In this document: piece by piece, positions 43,263-56,035 of the stretch
Position numbering within the stretch: the stretch's first letter is position 1
How the letters are laid out: every line of letters begins with the position of its first letter
Origin: Octopus bimaculoides
Taxonomy: Eukaryota
DNA: 63,908 nucleotides
NCBI RefSeq assembly: GCF_001194135.2
Contig: NC_068995.1
Span: forward strand, 2,806,569-2,870,476
Direction of reading: 5' to 3'
The notes under the pieces: generated by a model
Database searches by the model: none
Told to the model about the DNA's origin: nothing
What the model saw: only the letters and a program-made list of their open reading frames with translations
Program-made: the position numbers and the translations under genes

Positions 43263-46200
43263 ACTCACAACACGCGTTTCCAATCATTACTGGAAAAAAC
43301 TTCCAGCCATTTTGATACCAAACCCACCTTGGACTGCCCTTGGTTCTATGGTACCTAATTGAGTAGATCTACAATTAAAGGGACTCCAGCCATAACCACC
43401 CATCTTAGTTTTTCCTCCTCCAGAAACCGTGCCTGGGTCCACTGTTTCCATCTGTGTGTGGAGCAAAAGTGAAGTTATCTGTACTGATTTTTGAGTGACA
43501 GTTGACTTGAAGAAATCAGAATCCATCGTAGCCGAGATTTCAGTAGAATTTCATCCTCATCACCATTTAATGTCTTGTTTTAAAAGCGATCTAAATTAAA
43601 ACCTTCCATCAAAATTTTTATGTTAATTTATGTTCCAAATACCAGCTTAATAACGACAAAGTTGTTTTACTAAATTCTTCATGATTTTCAAAATTAATTA
43701 AAACAAATGCAGAGAAATTTCAATAGAAATATGGTAACAAAAGGGTTCGAAGGGACACTTGTATTGGTATCTCTTTCATTGGTGAGAAATATTCAACAGC
43801 CACACTCTCACCTTCACATCAACAGTAAAGTCAGTGAAAGACAAAAATAAGCAACAAAGTCTAAATTATTGTTTTTTATTTATTCTTTTTCTTTCACAAA
43901 TTCACAAATTATTTTGGTTCTCTTAGAGAGAGAGAGAGAGATAGATAGAATGAGAGAATATTTACAGAATCACCAGCGCACAAGGGAACTGGTTGAAATG
44001 ATGTGCATCAACCCTCTTTAAAAGAGGGTTTCTATTTACATACATGATGTACGAATCATTTTGAAGGTGGCTACTGGGACGTTACTTCACACACCTGCAT
44101 AATCTTCCAGCTTCATTAAAAAAAAATTTTTTTAGGTTTTTTTTTTTGTTCAGGCCCTATTACGAACCAAAAATATATAAATAAAACAAAAACAAAGAAT
44201 TAGGGAGCAAGTTTAATCTCTTTAAGGTTGCAAGGTAGTAGTGCTAGGTTAAACACGAGATTAAATCTATTGAGCAATGACAACTAGTCCCTAATTGTGA
44301 TTGGTAGGGTGTGAGATAGTAGTAGTAGTTCACGTGGTGGCAATGTGGACCTTGGTGTATAAAACCTACTGTTAAGTACAACACATCTACAGTGTGTTAA
44401 TAATAATCATAACATATACTAGTGATCTCTATATTTGCTGAACTGAAAAACATTTTCATTAAGGTCATGTCATTTTTATTGTGTGGATAACCATTTCTCT
44501 TTGAGCTAACAACTGCTTGATTTTTTTTAAATCTGAGAAGTTGATCTGCCATTAATTTGGGACTGTCCCTAGCTCTACATGTCCATGGACGACTGATCAC
44601 ATAATTATAATTTAAAGTTATATTATCTTCTGCTGAGGATTGTTAATAAATGATAAATAAAGTGGGTTTAAAGATGGTGCTAAGCTGAAGATATCCATGA
44701 AACCTTTAGATATCAAATGTTAGAGAGAAATAAGTTATATATCAGAGCATTAAAAGAAGAAAAAAAAATCAACATACCATTTAATATGATAAAATCTAAA
44801 AATGACTTCATCTTGTTCTAAGTTCTTTCATTCAACTAAAAACTGCTCAGAAAGAAGTCAACAGTTTGAGAAAAGGGATGGGAATAGGGTACATATTACC
44901 TGAAATTGTTACGGATTGTTTAAATTTGAGGAGAAATATTTCTGGATTAATAGAAGCACCATTGCAGTAAATATTCCTTGTTTAGCATCCAACTCAAACT
45001 AGCATGTACTGAGAGAGACAGGTAAAAGACTATGTATAACATAGAAATATTCTTTTCTATAAGAGAAAAATACACAGTACATACCAGCCTAGAACCATCT
45101 GAAAACAAATCCAAATGGTATAAAAACTTCCCAAAATACTGCACTTACTTGAATATACACAATGGCACTTCCAAAGACTCATTTGTTGATTAAGGAACAG
45201 GACAGATCTTGTTGAGACATTTCTTTTGCACTTCATCAAAGAGACACTTGAAGCAGATTAGGCATCAAGTATTTGTGACAAATTTCTAGTTCAAAACGAG
45301 TGACTTGTAAGGTTTTTTATAGCTATTCTAATTTAGATGATTTCCATTAAGAGACAACAATAAATATGTTAAGGACACTCACTGGTTGTTAAAAGAAAAA
45401 AACTAAGTGAAGCAATGTAATACAGACAGCTATATAAACAATAATGATGATAAGAATTAAACAACAGAACCGAGTGAGTGGTGGAATGTCTAGAAAATTA
45501 CCAAACACAAGTCATATTCTGTAGATAATTACTTCTAACTATGAAATAATGCTTTGAAGAATTGTGAAAAAAGTTCTTTGGGGAAAAAAAAAATTTTCAA
45601 AACATGGAAGCTTTGAGTTCTTTTTTTTTTTTTATAAGAAAAGAATCAACTGAAATGGTTTTTTTTTTTTAAGAAGAAAAAAAAAATCAGTTATCTTGAG
45701 GAGGGGAAAATGATTAGTTAGGTTAGCTGTTATGAAATAGATATAATATAAAGTGTAAATCTTAACACAGAAAACATTGATTTGATGAGTAAAAACTTAG
45801 TAAAATACACTGAAAGTAAGGTTCTAAATTAAAAAGAAAGTGAAAGTGGAGAGAAATAACTATTACACAAGGTTAAATATTTGTATATACATGGCAAAAG
45901 TTGAAGCTAACCTTTTAATAAAAGATGCTATGAAATAACATACAGCATAAAAAAGTGAAATGACAAATGTATGAATGAAGAAGTCAAAACTGGGCAACAA
46001 ACAAATAGAGCAGGGAAAAAAAGAAAATGAAAACTGCTTAAATTTATTTTAGATTAAAATGGGAGAGAAAATTGCCTGATTAATTGAAATTTTATTTTAA
46101 GCTTCTTAGAGAGTTACTACTCTATTGGGGATGAAACGGGGAGGGGTGGGTCCTAATTAGTTATCCTGCTACAAATAGGAGAGATGTGTAGTGCAATGTC

Positions 46201-46682
46201 GAGGTACGATGTAGGAGACCGTTGGTTGAAGATCTGGAGGCGCTAAGTTCTTCCAAAGCTGTTCTACTCTCATGAAGGGCACTTAGATTTTTATGAAGTC
46301 CATTGATGGACATGCTAAAAATAAAATGTAATGGTCCAGTGCACATGCACACATTAACACATACAAGCACACACACACACACACATCATTTCAGAAATGT
46401 TACTGTCCCATGTCAGAGTACCCAGGATGAGCAGCTAGATACAGGTAAGATACTATAGAGTCAACTTTATACAAAGGTGTTTAATTACATAACTGGAAGG
46501 ATGTGTATTCTCATTAGTTGGGCCCTTTGCAACTGGAATGTAGTAGAAGCAGAGCCGTTTATTGTCCCATTCCCTACAACCATAGATGAAAGATTAACGG
46601 TGATGGAGAAGATGAGAGGAGAAGTGTGGTAATAATTGTGCTGCTAAAATTCTTTCTTTTTTTCTTTTTTTTTCTTCCATAT

Positions 46683-49600
46683 TTAGATACTGATTCTTTT
46701 GCTTTCAGTTCTAATTCTATTAGATTTCCGTGTTGTGAATTTTGCTTCTCTACACTGCTGACAAACAAAAGTTTCAGGAATATTGGATTTTCGAATTTTC
46801 GCACAAGATAGGTGGATCCATGTTGAACATTCTGAACATTCAATCATTGGTCTTCCGGCATAGGGTTTAAGACAATGGCAGGTTATTAAATCCCAAGATT
46901 CATCATCTGGAAAAAAAGAAAGAAAAAAAAAAAAATCAATGGTCAAACTTTAAAATTAACCTGACAAAGAAAAGACATTATTTTATGTAGTAAATAAAAT
47001 TATTAGTTTCAAATTTGGGGTGGGGCTAGGTAGATTATATTGACCCTGAAAGGATTGAAGGCAAAGTCAATCTTGGTGGAATTTGAACTCAGAATGTGAA
47101 GATGCTGCTGAACATTTTCCTGGTATGCTAATGATTCTGTCAGCTTGCCACAGGTGAAAATGAAATGATTGTTAGATAAAAACAACAAATATTAGAAATA
47201 AAAGCTTCTATGTTCTCTATTCTACATCTCCATATATGTGCGGGTGTGTTAAACCTTATTATCTAACCTATTTAGTTTCACACCCTGGGATCACCAGTCA
47301 ATATATCTAATAATAAAGTTAGGACTGGGAAAATTGTAATCTCTGTCAAGCTGTATTTCCACACTGCAGTCATTGAATGTGAACAATAGTAACCGTGACC
47401 TACCAAATGTTAAGGAGAGAAAGAGAGCTTAGATGAGGTGGTGTGTGTGTGTGTCAGAAATGACTTGATATAGTTTGGTTAGGACTAAGAGAAATAAAAC
47501 TGCAATTAAAAGTCATTCTATAAAAATATAAATAATTATGTTGCCAAGAGAATTACTAATGGGCAATTTCAAAGTAAACTTGATTCAATTTCCCTTTGTT
47601 GAGAGCAAAATTACACAGGTGTTAGTGTCTTCAATTGATATAGTAAGTTGCTAGTGGCGCCTTTAGAAATATTCACTACTGGCACAAAAGCACACACACA
47701 CACATTTTTATGCAAAAATGTCAATTGTCCAGTATATGTCTGAATTAGAAAATGTATCATCTGTTAAAATTATGCATTGGTAAACTACACTATTTCATCA
47801 AAGCTAAAGGAATCTTGTACTTGACTTGTGACAACTACACAAGACCTTTAAGGAAGACAAAAAACACCCTTTTTTCTAACATATAAAATTACATGCACAC
47901 ACATCAATTTAAAATGTGTTTCTCACTTCCTAAAAGTAAATAAAACAAGTGGTTAGGTTGTTGGACTCAATCCCAAGTTCATGTGTCAAATTCCTAGAGC
48001 AGGCACTACATTGTGTCCTTAAGCAAGGCATAGAATTTTACATTGCTCTATTCTATGTACTTAGCTGTAAACAAGTATCGCCCTTGTGTTGGTGTCAGCC
48101 CCCCCCCTCCCCCACCTTCAGCTGTCACATTCTTAATGTTAAGCAGGGCGAAGGGTGGGGTCTGTATCTGCTGTGACTACAGACACCTAAAACAATTGGC
48201 AAAAACATGGTACAAGCTGCTAGATCCTATTCATTTGTGAATGATTGCTAAGCAAAGTAGCAGAAGGGTGGTACTAATAAGTTCTTTGGTTGAAAAAACA
48301 AAAACCATTAAATTTCAATTGGTTTTTGAAATAATCGAGCATTTATAAGGCTTCAGTAAAATAACGAACCACTCCATTACTGAAAGAGTGTTTAAGGTGG
48401 CAGAACCATTAGCACACCAGACAAGATGCTGAACAACCTTTCCTCTGGCTCTATGCTCTGAGTTCAAATGCTTCCATGGTTAACTTTACCTTTCATCTTT
48501 TCAGGGTTGATAAAATAATTACCAGTTGAGCACTGGGGGTCAATGTAATCCACTAGCCCCTTTCCCTCCCAAAAATTTCAGGCCTTGTGCTTATAGTAGA
48601 ACGTGTTTGGAACATAACTGATTGAAAGATCTTTCTTACATAAAATATAACAGAAGGCTCAAACCAGTGTTTCTTACGGGGTGGGGTGCACAACACGGGT
48701 GGAGATGGTGGATCTTTAGAATAGGGGTAGGGGCATAAGTAAATAATAAAGTTTTCAGTAAAACTACTTTTGAATATCTTGGGTGGGTCAACACTGACAA
48801 AGTCTGACAGTATATCGCCATGTGGGGGGGGGGGGCATAATCTTGATGCTTTGGCCATTAACCCAACTGCATCTTTATACCTTGTGACTATTGACCCACT
48901 CGGTATATACATGCTCTATACAAACTTTATTTATGGTGGGGCATGGGATAAAAATGGCTGAGGAAAACTGGTTTAAGACTTCAAAAGTGTTTTGTATTAC
49001 AGAAGCAGGGTTGGTCTCTTAAGTTGGTATAGATTAAAAGAATAAAGGAGTTAGCAGGTGTGAACAGAGACACAGTATTAATATAAAGTAAGCTGCATGC
49101 ATAACACCTTGGGCAAGTGTTTCTACTATAACCTCGGGCCAACTAAAGGCTTGCGAGTTCATTTGGTTGATGGAAAGTGAAGTAACCACATCTGTGTGAT
49201 TGAGCATTGTTGTCTTGACATTGTGTGTCCATTGTAAATGAGTGTCACCACCATACAAGTGGTATCATTTGTTTGCAATTTCCAATGAAAAACTGTCTCT
49301 GCTCATGGGGAAACATTACATTGCTTGGAAACAAGTGAGGGCACTGGGACACAGACAATCTGCCTCATCAAATTCCATCTGACTCAGGCATGGAAAAGCT
49401 ATGTTAAAATGATGAAGATCACAAGAGAGATAGGCAGACAGACAGAAACTAAATCAACTTACCTGATTCTATGGCATCAGGAGAACTTGAATTACTGTGA
49501 ATACTTTCTCCACAACTTTCAGCTAAACTATCAGTATTATTTTCATGAGCGTGCAAATCTAACTTGGAAAAATGAGTGTTAGCTTTCTTTTCTTCCACAA

Positions 49601-51852
49601 CAGGTTCGAATACTTCCTTTTCAACTTTCACAGAGGTCACAGAATTCTGTGAGACAACAGAATTACTCTGCAGTTCATCTAAGCTAGGTTTTTCCTCCTG
49701 TTTTATGTGTGTTTTAAGGTGATGTTCACAGGGAGTGCATTCCTCTCGCTTCTGCAATTGTACACCCTCTAATTGTTTTACCTTGTCGTCAACCAGTACC
49801 TGTTGATGAAGCTTCTGTTTCTGATGAGAAGAGTATTGTTGGTGTGATGATGACGATGGCGATGACGATGATGATGATGACAAAGATGAAAGATCTGCTT
49901 CAACGTTTCTATGATAAAATCCATCTAATCTATTTGAGTTTTGTTGAGGGATTGAAGAAAGAGAGGGCAACACCGTTGCTTGGACCAACGTGGCCTGGTT
50001 CTGTGGCTTTGTGAGTTGCCTTGGAACTAACTGTTGTTTAGGCTGTACCAGTTGCTTTGTGTGCTGTTGCTGCTGCTGCTGCTGTTGTTGTTTTAAAAGC
50101 TGGAGTTTTGAGTGCTGTTTTATATGTTGTGGCTGCTGCTGTTGTTGCTGCTGCTTTAGAAACATTGGATGCTTTGGAGGCTGTTGCTTCAAAAACTGTT
50201 GTTTAGGAGTTGTTTGCTGGTGTGTAATTCTCTCAGAGAGTCTGCAATTAACTACAGTAGAAGTAGTAGTGGTGGTGGTGGTGGTGGTGGTAAGAGTAGA
50301 GGTAATGTTCTCTTGTACACGATCAATTGGCAAATTTTCCTGAAGTGTTTCTGGAATAGATTCTTGCAGACTACCAGATGACAGTGAGGCTGTACTGTCC
50401 GAAGAATAACTGTCTGCAGCACTGCCGCCACTACCCACAGGACTGATATTGTTCTGCTGACGGAGTTCCTGAAATAAAGAAAACATTTTCTGATCATTTA
50501 AAAGTAGACATCAAACTAAAACCAAAAGTAATTAACTTGATTTACATTATTTACAATTGACGGATATTTGTCCTCATCTTGTTTGTTATTAACACAACGT
50601 TTCAGCTGATATACCCTCCAGCCTTCATCAGGTGTCTTGGGGAAATTTTGAACCTGGGTTCTCATTCCTAAGATATTTTTCGATATTATTGTTATTATTG
50701 GAATCGAACTTGGAATCTTGGGGCTGGTAGTTCAGAGCGTGTGCTACAAACCCCAAGATTCCAAGTTTGACCTGCAGGAAATAGCAACCAAACCAGAAAA
50801 CCAACATAGGCTGTATTCTTGGAAATCTATAAGATGGAATAGGTGTAGGTTTTGGTCAATCAACGTAGGTCTAGTGGTTAACAACAACTAGCGAGAGATC
50901 TGGTATGGCATCCATCAATCAGACTGCTGGGTTGAGAAGACATTTGTATTGGTTGTGCATCAGAATGTTCTATGAAAAGATTTATAAAAACAATTCTTTT
51001 CTCTCACCCAAGCCACTTAATAGGAAATTACGCTTCAAATTAGAATTCCTTAAAAGTCTAAACCTAGAAATCTTAGCAAGTCTTTGAAGTAGATATGTTA
51101 AACAGAGGATATGAGAAACAAGAATGAAATTTGATATTTAGGTCATCCAGAGGTAGAAACCATGCTGAGGCAGACAGTGAAGCATAGCACCCACTTCTGG
51201 CTTGCCAGCTCTTGTCAAACTGTCCAAACCATGCCAGGGATGGAAATTGGACATGTGATGATGATGATGAAATCCTACTGAAATCTCGTCACTCAAAAAT
51301 CAGTTCAGACAACCTCACTTTTGGTCCACACACAGCATCTTAAAAGATGGACCTAGACACAGTTTCTGGGGGAGGAAAAATTAGGATGGGTGATCATGGC
51401 TGGAGTCCCTTAAATTATAAATCTCCTTGATCAGGTTTGTCCTGGAGCTAAACAAGAACAACAACTAACACCTCATGCCTGGTCTTTGTCACATGATTTA
51501 TCTTAGTACAGCAGACCAATTCTCATTACACACTCTTCATGCTACCCCTCTCCCATTCACTTTACCCCCACCCCTCAGCTAATTATCTACACAGTGCCTT
51601 AATGCTTTTAATATCAATCCTTTCCTTACCAACGATGTACAGTAGGGTCACTATGAGAAAGGGAACTGGACATTAAATGATGTGCATCAACTAGAACAGG
51701 ATATCATGAAATATGTGTGGAACAGAATGTGTTAAGATGTATTAACTTACCTCTCTCTTGAGAGATTCATACTGAGTATAAGAGAGAACTATGGTGCAAA
51801 ATGTATAGAAATCATCTTTCGTTCTCCTCTTCTTCGCTACCGATGTGTAAGA
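46683..51852 (-). CDS. PHF13: PHD finger protein PHF13/PHF23 orthologue (5'-partial, first coding exon not located)
   Basis: Exons 51852-51751 ([28 protein letters not shown], matching PHF13 KRRRTVEDFNKFCTFVLAY), 50468-49463 (long low-complexity exon) and 46906-46683 ([53 protein letters not shown], the PHF13/23 C4HC3 PHD). Phases 0/1 are consistent. Confidence 0.9.
50540..50770 (-). mobile_element. tRNA-headed, hammerhead-bearing short retroelement
   Basis: On the minus strand a tRNA T-arm/B-box-like GTTCGATTCC (50709-50700) is followed by an (AAT)-rich linker and then the hammerhead at 50636-50591. Confidence 0.5.
50591..50636 (-). ncRNA. Minimal (Penelope-type) hammerhead ribozyme motif in a PHF13 intron
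   Basis: Minus strand reads GACAC-CUGAUGA-A-GGCUG-GAGGGUAUAU-CAGCU-GAAAC-GUU-GUGUU: intact CUGAUGA and GAAA core, 5-bp stem I, 5-bp stem II (first pair G-U instead of G-C), ACGU stem III and a GUU triplet. Confidence 0.75.
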
Positions 51853-54128
51853 CTGCAAGAAAATAATAGATAAAGATAATAAAGATATATAACAGTTTTA
51901 TTACAGATGCAGCAGACAAATCTCCTCTTATTTGCCAGCATTGGTGAAAGAAGTGTTTTACAAAATGGAATAACTATCAAATGAAACACATGAGCAAAAC
52001 ATGAACCTTAGACTGGCAACTTGAAATAGGAACTGACTCAGACCATGACAACCCCTACAACTCATGCCAACATGGAGAACAAATGTAAAACTGATGGTAA
52101 TGATGAACTGTCCTAGTATCAATTCGATCCACATTTAACTCAGTAACATCAGCTAAGTTCAAGGGCTGTGAATTTTAGGGCTTGGGAGAAAATTGGAGAA
52201 TTTTTATATTTACAGAATAAAAGGTGAATTGATGGCATTTTTGGTTTTGTGAGCGTTTAATTCCAGACAGTTGCATTAACCATTAGCAGTATAATCACGA
52301 CTCTCTCCACAACATAATGTGAAGTACTGGCATTAAAACAGATTCAATCCTTTAGCTTTAAAACTAGCCACATCAGACATCTCACACCTACCCTACAATG
52401 TCATTTTAAAAACATTCGCATCATTGACATCTCAAAGCTACAGGATAACGCATGATTAATACAACACAATGAGACTAAATAAGCAATAGATTTGACAGAA
52501 AAATCTGAACGCTTAATGGTTAATACTTGTAAACAGCCGAGACTTTAGATTTTGTAAAGATGACTGATTGTTCAGACCCTTAGGGACCAAAAGGTCATTA
52601 AAAAGAAATTATTATTGCTAAATAGAAATAATGCTTTATTCAAGGAGTTGGTATATCGGGAAATGACATGGTTGCGCGAACTTGAACAGAACAAGTTGTT
52701 TCAGATAATTCTTAATTGCTAAATTGCTAATTTGAAACATTTCATAAATTGTTGTATAACAGAGATCACTAACAGAAACCTTGTAACTAGTCTAAAAGAC
52801 ATCAATCTCGCTGGAAATAGGAGCCAAATCTACTTATGCACACATAAACAAAACACTTACTATAATTTAAATATACATTCACCTGTTAACTCTTTTGAGA
52901 ACATACTTCTAATAAAATACACTTGCCTGTGATTCAATTCATTTTGAAGAAAATTACAAAATTTCAAGGAATTCAACTTTTGACCTTTCCCTCCATCTTT
53001 TAAAACCAAATATTCTAATAACATACTATCATTCTATAGGTGTATTCTCTTTGAGACGTTCTTAAAATGTAAGTTATTATTATTAAACTGGCATTTAGAA
53101 CATAACAAAAATGGTTCTTTACTCAAATCTTAATTTAATGGTTTAGACCCATTCCTGGTTCTATGACACAAGCTTTTAAGTGAACTTAATTAAAACCTTT
53201 CATCAAAATTTCATGTTAATTTTATGTTTCAAACACCAGCTGAATAACAACAGAGTAATTTTACCAAATTCACCAATATTTTCAAAATAAATCGAAAGCA
53301 AAGAGTGTATTTCAACAGAAATATGATTAACGAAGGTTAAAATATGAACCACTTTATAAAATGAGGCACTGTACCTTGGCTGGTGATTGGTGGACGTGAT
53401 ATTGAAAGGGTTAAGACTGTTAAATAGAGTTATTGCAAAAGGCCTGTGTCTCATAATTACCAAAGTCCAGCTTGCATCGTTTAGTAACTACAGCATGAGT
53501 GGTTAAAATTATTGGCAAAACACCAAACACAATAATCTTTCCATTAGTATTTTGTTGTCCTTTTATACTCAAGCCCAGAAATTTAATTCAATAATTTACG
53601 TTAGCAAATTATTCAATAGGCCACAATCAATGCAGATTATCTGCTTGGTTGCTGTTAGCCACCAGTTCTAGTGATTATTGTCAGATAGGTAACAACAACT
53701 AACAGCTCCAGATATAATCAGTGTTTTTAGATATTTTTCGCAGTGCATTCACTGCCGCTGCCATGTGAGTAGTTAAAAAAAAAATTTAAAAAAGAGAGAG
53801 GAATGGTTTCAAATTTCACACAATTTCTTTTAAATTAAAACGGCAGGCATTAAAAGGATTTCAGGCCAAACCAGCGCAAGTCTGAGCAACATTGCTGCAA
53901 ACCCTTACAAATATACACACATTCATAATTCTTATTTCTTTCACCATCAACAACTATTTTCTAAACACAAAGAAAACTCTATATCGTCTAATGACCTGCT
54001 AAAAACAACAGGCAAATTTCTTTCATATCGCATCCAATTGTCTTAAAAAAAAAAAAAAAGGATAATGTAACCTTAAGATTCTTTTCTGCTTATGACAATA
54101 CTTATCTAGTTTATTCCTCTCTATATAG

Positions 54129-54360
54129 CAGTGGTTCTCAACCATTTATTTTTACCTGTGAACACCTTTAATTCCTATTTTACTCAACTGGACCCCCATA
54201 ACCATTTGATGTTTAAAAAAAATCCTATTATATTTTTATAAATAAATATTATTAAGAATTGTATAAAATATAAAATATTTTGTGTATTGTGGAAGTATAT
54301 CCAATTTATTGCGCAAATTTTAAAAACAAAATCTTATATGGACCCCTGCTGAGAACCGAG
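54129..54360. mobile_element. hAT-type MITE (related ends also at ~12798-12920, ~39093-39200, ~48665-48970)
   Basis: Starts CAGTGGTTCTCAACC and ends with a decayed ...TGAGAACC... Confidence 0.5.
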
Positions 54361-54449
54361 TTTGAAAACGTTAGACATTGGCAACCTAACTCTCCTGGGG
54401 AAACAAAATAAGCAAATCCTGGACGATCACAAAGTTATTTAGCTAAAAG

Positions 54450-54493
<44 letters not shown>

Positions 54494-54999
54494 AAAAAGA
54501 AGAGAGAATCAATGATGGGATATGAACTTGAATGAACGAAAACACAGGAATGAGGCCATAACCTTGTTTATATGATAGAATAATGAAGACAATTGGAAGA
54601 AAAAAATACCAAATCTTGGAAGAGAACATCAGAGCAATGAAACAGATAAAGATGCCATGAAGAGGTTGGACATCAACAGAAGAGGATCATTGGAGGGGGT
54701 GGGGAGGCCAGAACTCTCGTTGTTAACAGAATCCAGAAGTGGCTGGAAGATATATGTATGTATGTATATAGAATATTAATAGTAATTATGGAATAGTTAG
54801 CAGTGGTAAACATAGAATTGGTTGTTGGTCTTTATACAAACATGCGAAGCTTATCATTAAGATAAATTTGTAACAGGAGAGATTTACACCCCGGCATCCC
54901 CCCACCCCACGAAAGACGATGAAACTTCACTGAATTTGGAATAACCTGACATTCACACCTTTCTCCAAGACTTTGAGTGCAATTAGCAGTTCAGAGAGA

Positions 55000-55620
55000 G
55001 AGAGAGAGAGTTAGGAGGGGGAAGAGTGATAAAATGACGTAAACAAGGAGGGGAGGGGCGAGGAGGATATAAAACAGAGGTGAGGGAAGATTTTAGACAA
55101 CGACGATGTCCGTGGTGGTTGGAATATGGTGAAAATTTCCTTCAATTAGTAGTGATGGTCACCGTCAGTATAAGAAAGAACTGATGGCTCGAGATTAAGG
55201 AAACCACGTGGCGATGAGTTCGGTTCCAGTGTGCGAAACGCTGAGCAAACGACAGCATCTATGAGACTGAGGTTTTGTGGATGGCCGGAAGGGTGGGCCA
55301 CCCGCGAGATGGAATAAATGATTTTGCCGTAAAGAGAAGCCCAAGGTTTCGAGAAGAACTATCGATGGAGGATTGCTGGCTCACAATAAATTTATCCTCT
55401 ATTGCGAACCTTTTTAAAGATATTATTCTTTTTTATCATTTACTGACACAAAACATCACAAGATTCCTCAGAGTCGGCTGTTTTCAATTTGTTGAGTGGA
55501 ATTTAGCAAGCGGAAACTGTGCGGAAACTCGTCGCGCGCGCTAGTGTGTGTACGAATGCGTACATTTTCGTTCTTATTACATCAACTAGAAAAAAAAATA
55601 CATGACTGTATTTATTCTGC
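55000..55620 (-). promoter_or_regulatory. Probable PHF13 promoter / 5' region (CpG-rich)
   Basis: Abrupt rise in CpG upstream of the PHF13-like exons; tandem GCGGAAACT at 55510 and 55521, CGCGCGCG at ~55533, CACGTG near 55205. Confidence 0.4.
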
Positions 55621-55998
55621 CCTTGTTGCACAAACTCTCGACCCCAGAGTGACTGAAATGGCTGTCCAGTTTCAACGTTATTAATCACAAAAATATTTGA
55701 AATTAAAAATACGGTTCGAAAGATTTTTGTGTTTTGTAGGGCGAAAAGGAAGAGGCTTCCGTTTAGAAATCACACCACGCCGAGATAACATTATTCGGTA
55801 GGCCACCCCTCTTATTGCCTCGTCGATGATCGGTGAAAGACCAGTGAAAGAATTAGGTTTCAATCTCCACTCTGCTAATGATACAACACCCAACATCTAG
55901 TGATAAATAATGGAGATTGTCTAATCTAACACAAAGATAGGAGGGGGGAAAGACAACTACAATGTTGACATCCAATTTACAACAATATTATAAATGCG

Positions 55999-56035
<37 letters not shown>

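Noticed and set aside
49990-50497. Poly-Cys/poly-Val ORF on + and the alternative-frame ORF 50252-50497
   Set aside because: Shadows of the CAG/ACC repeats in the real PHF13 exon.
53909-53947. Possible PHF13 exon 1 (MVKEIRIMNVCIF|gtaagg, phase 0)
   Set aside because: Weak exonic donor context (TTT|GT), AT-rich intronic surroundings and no homology.
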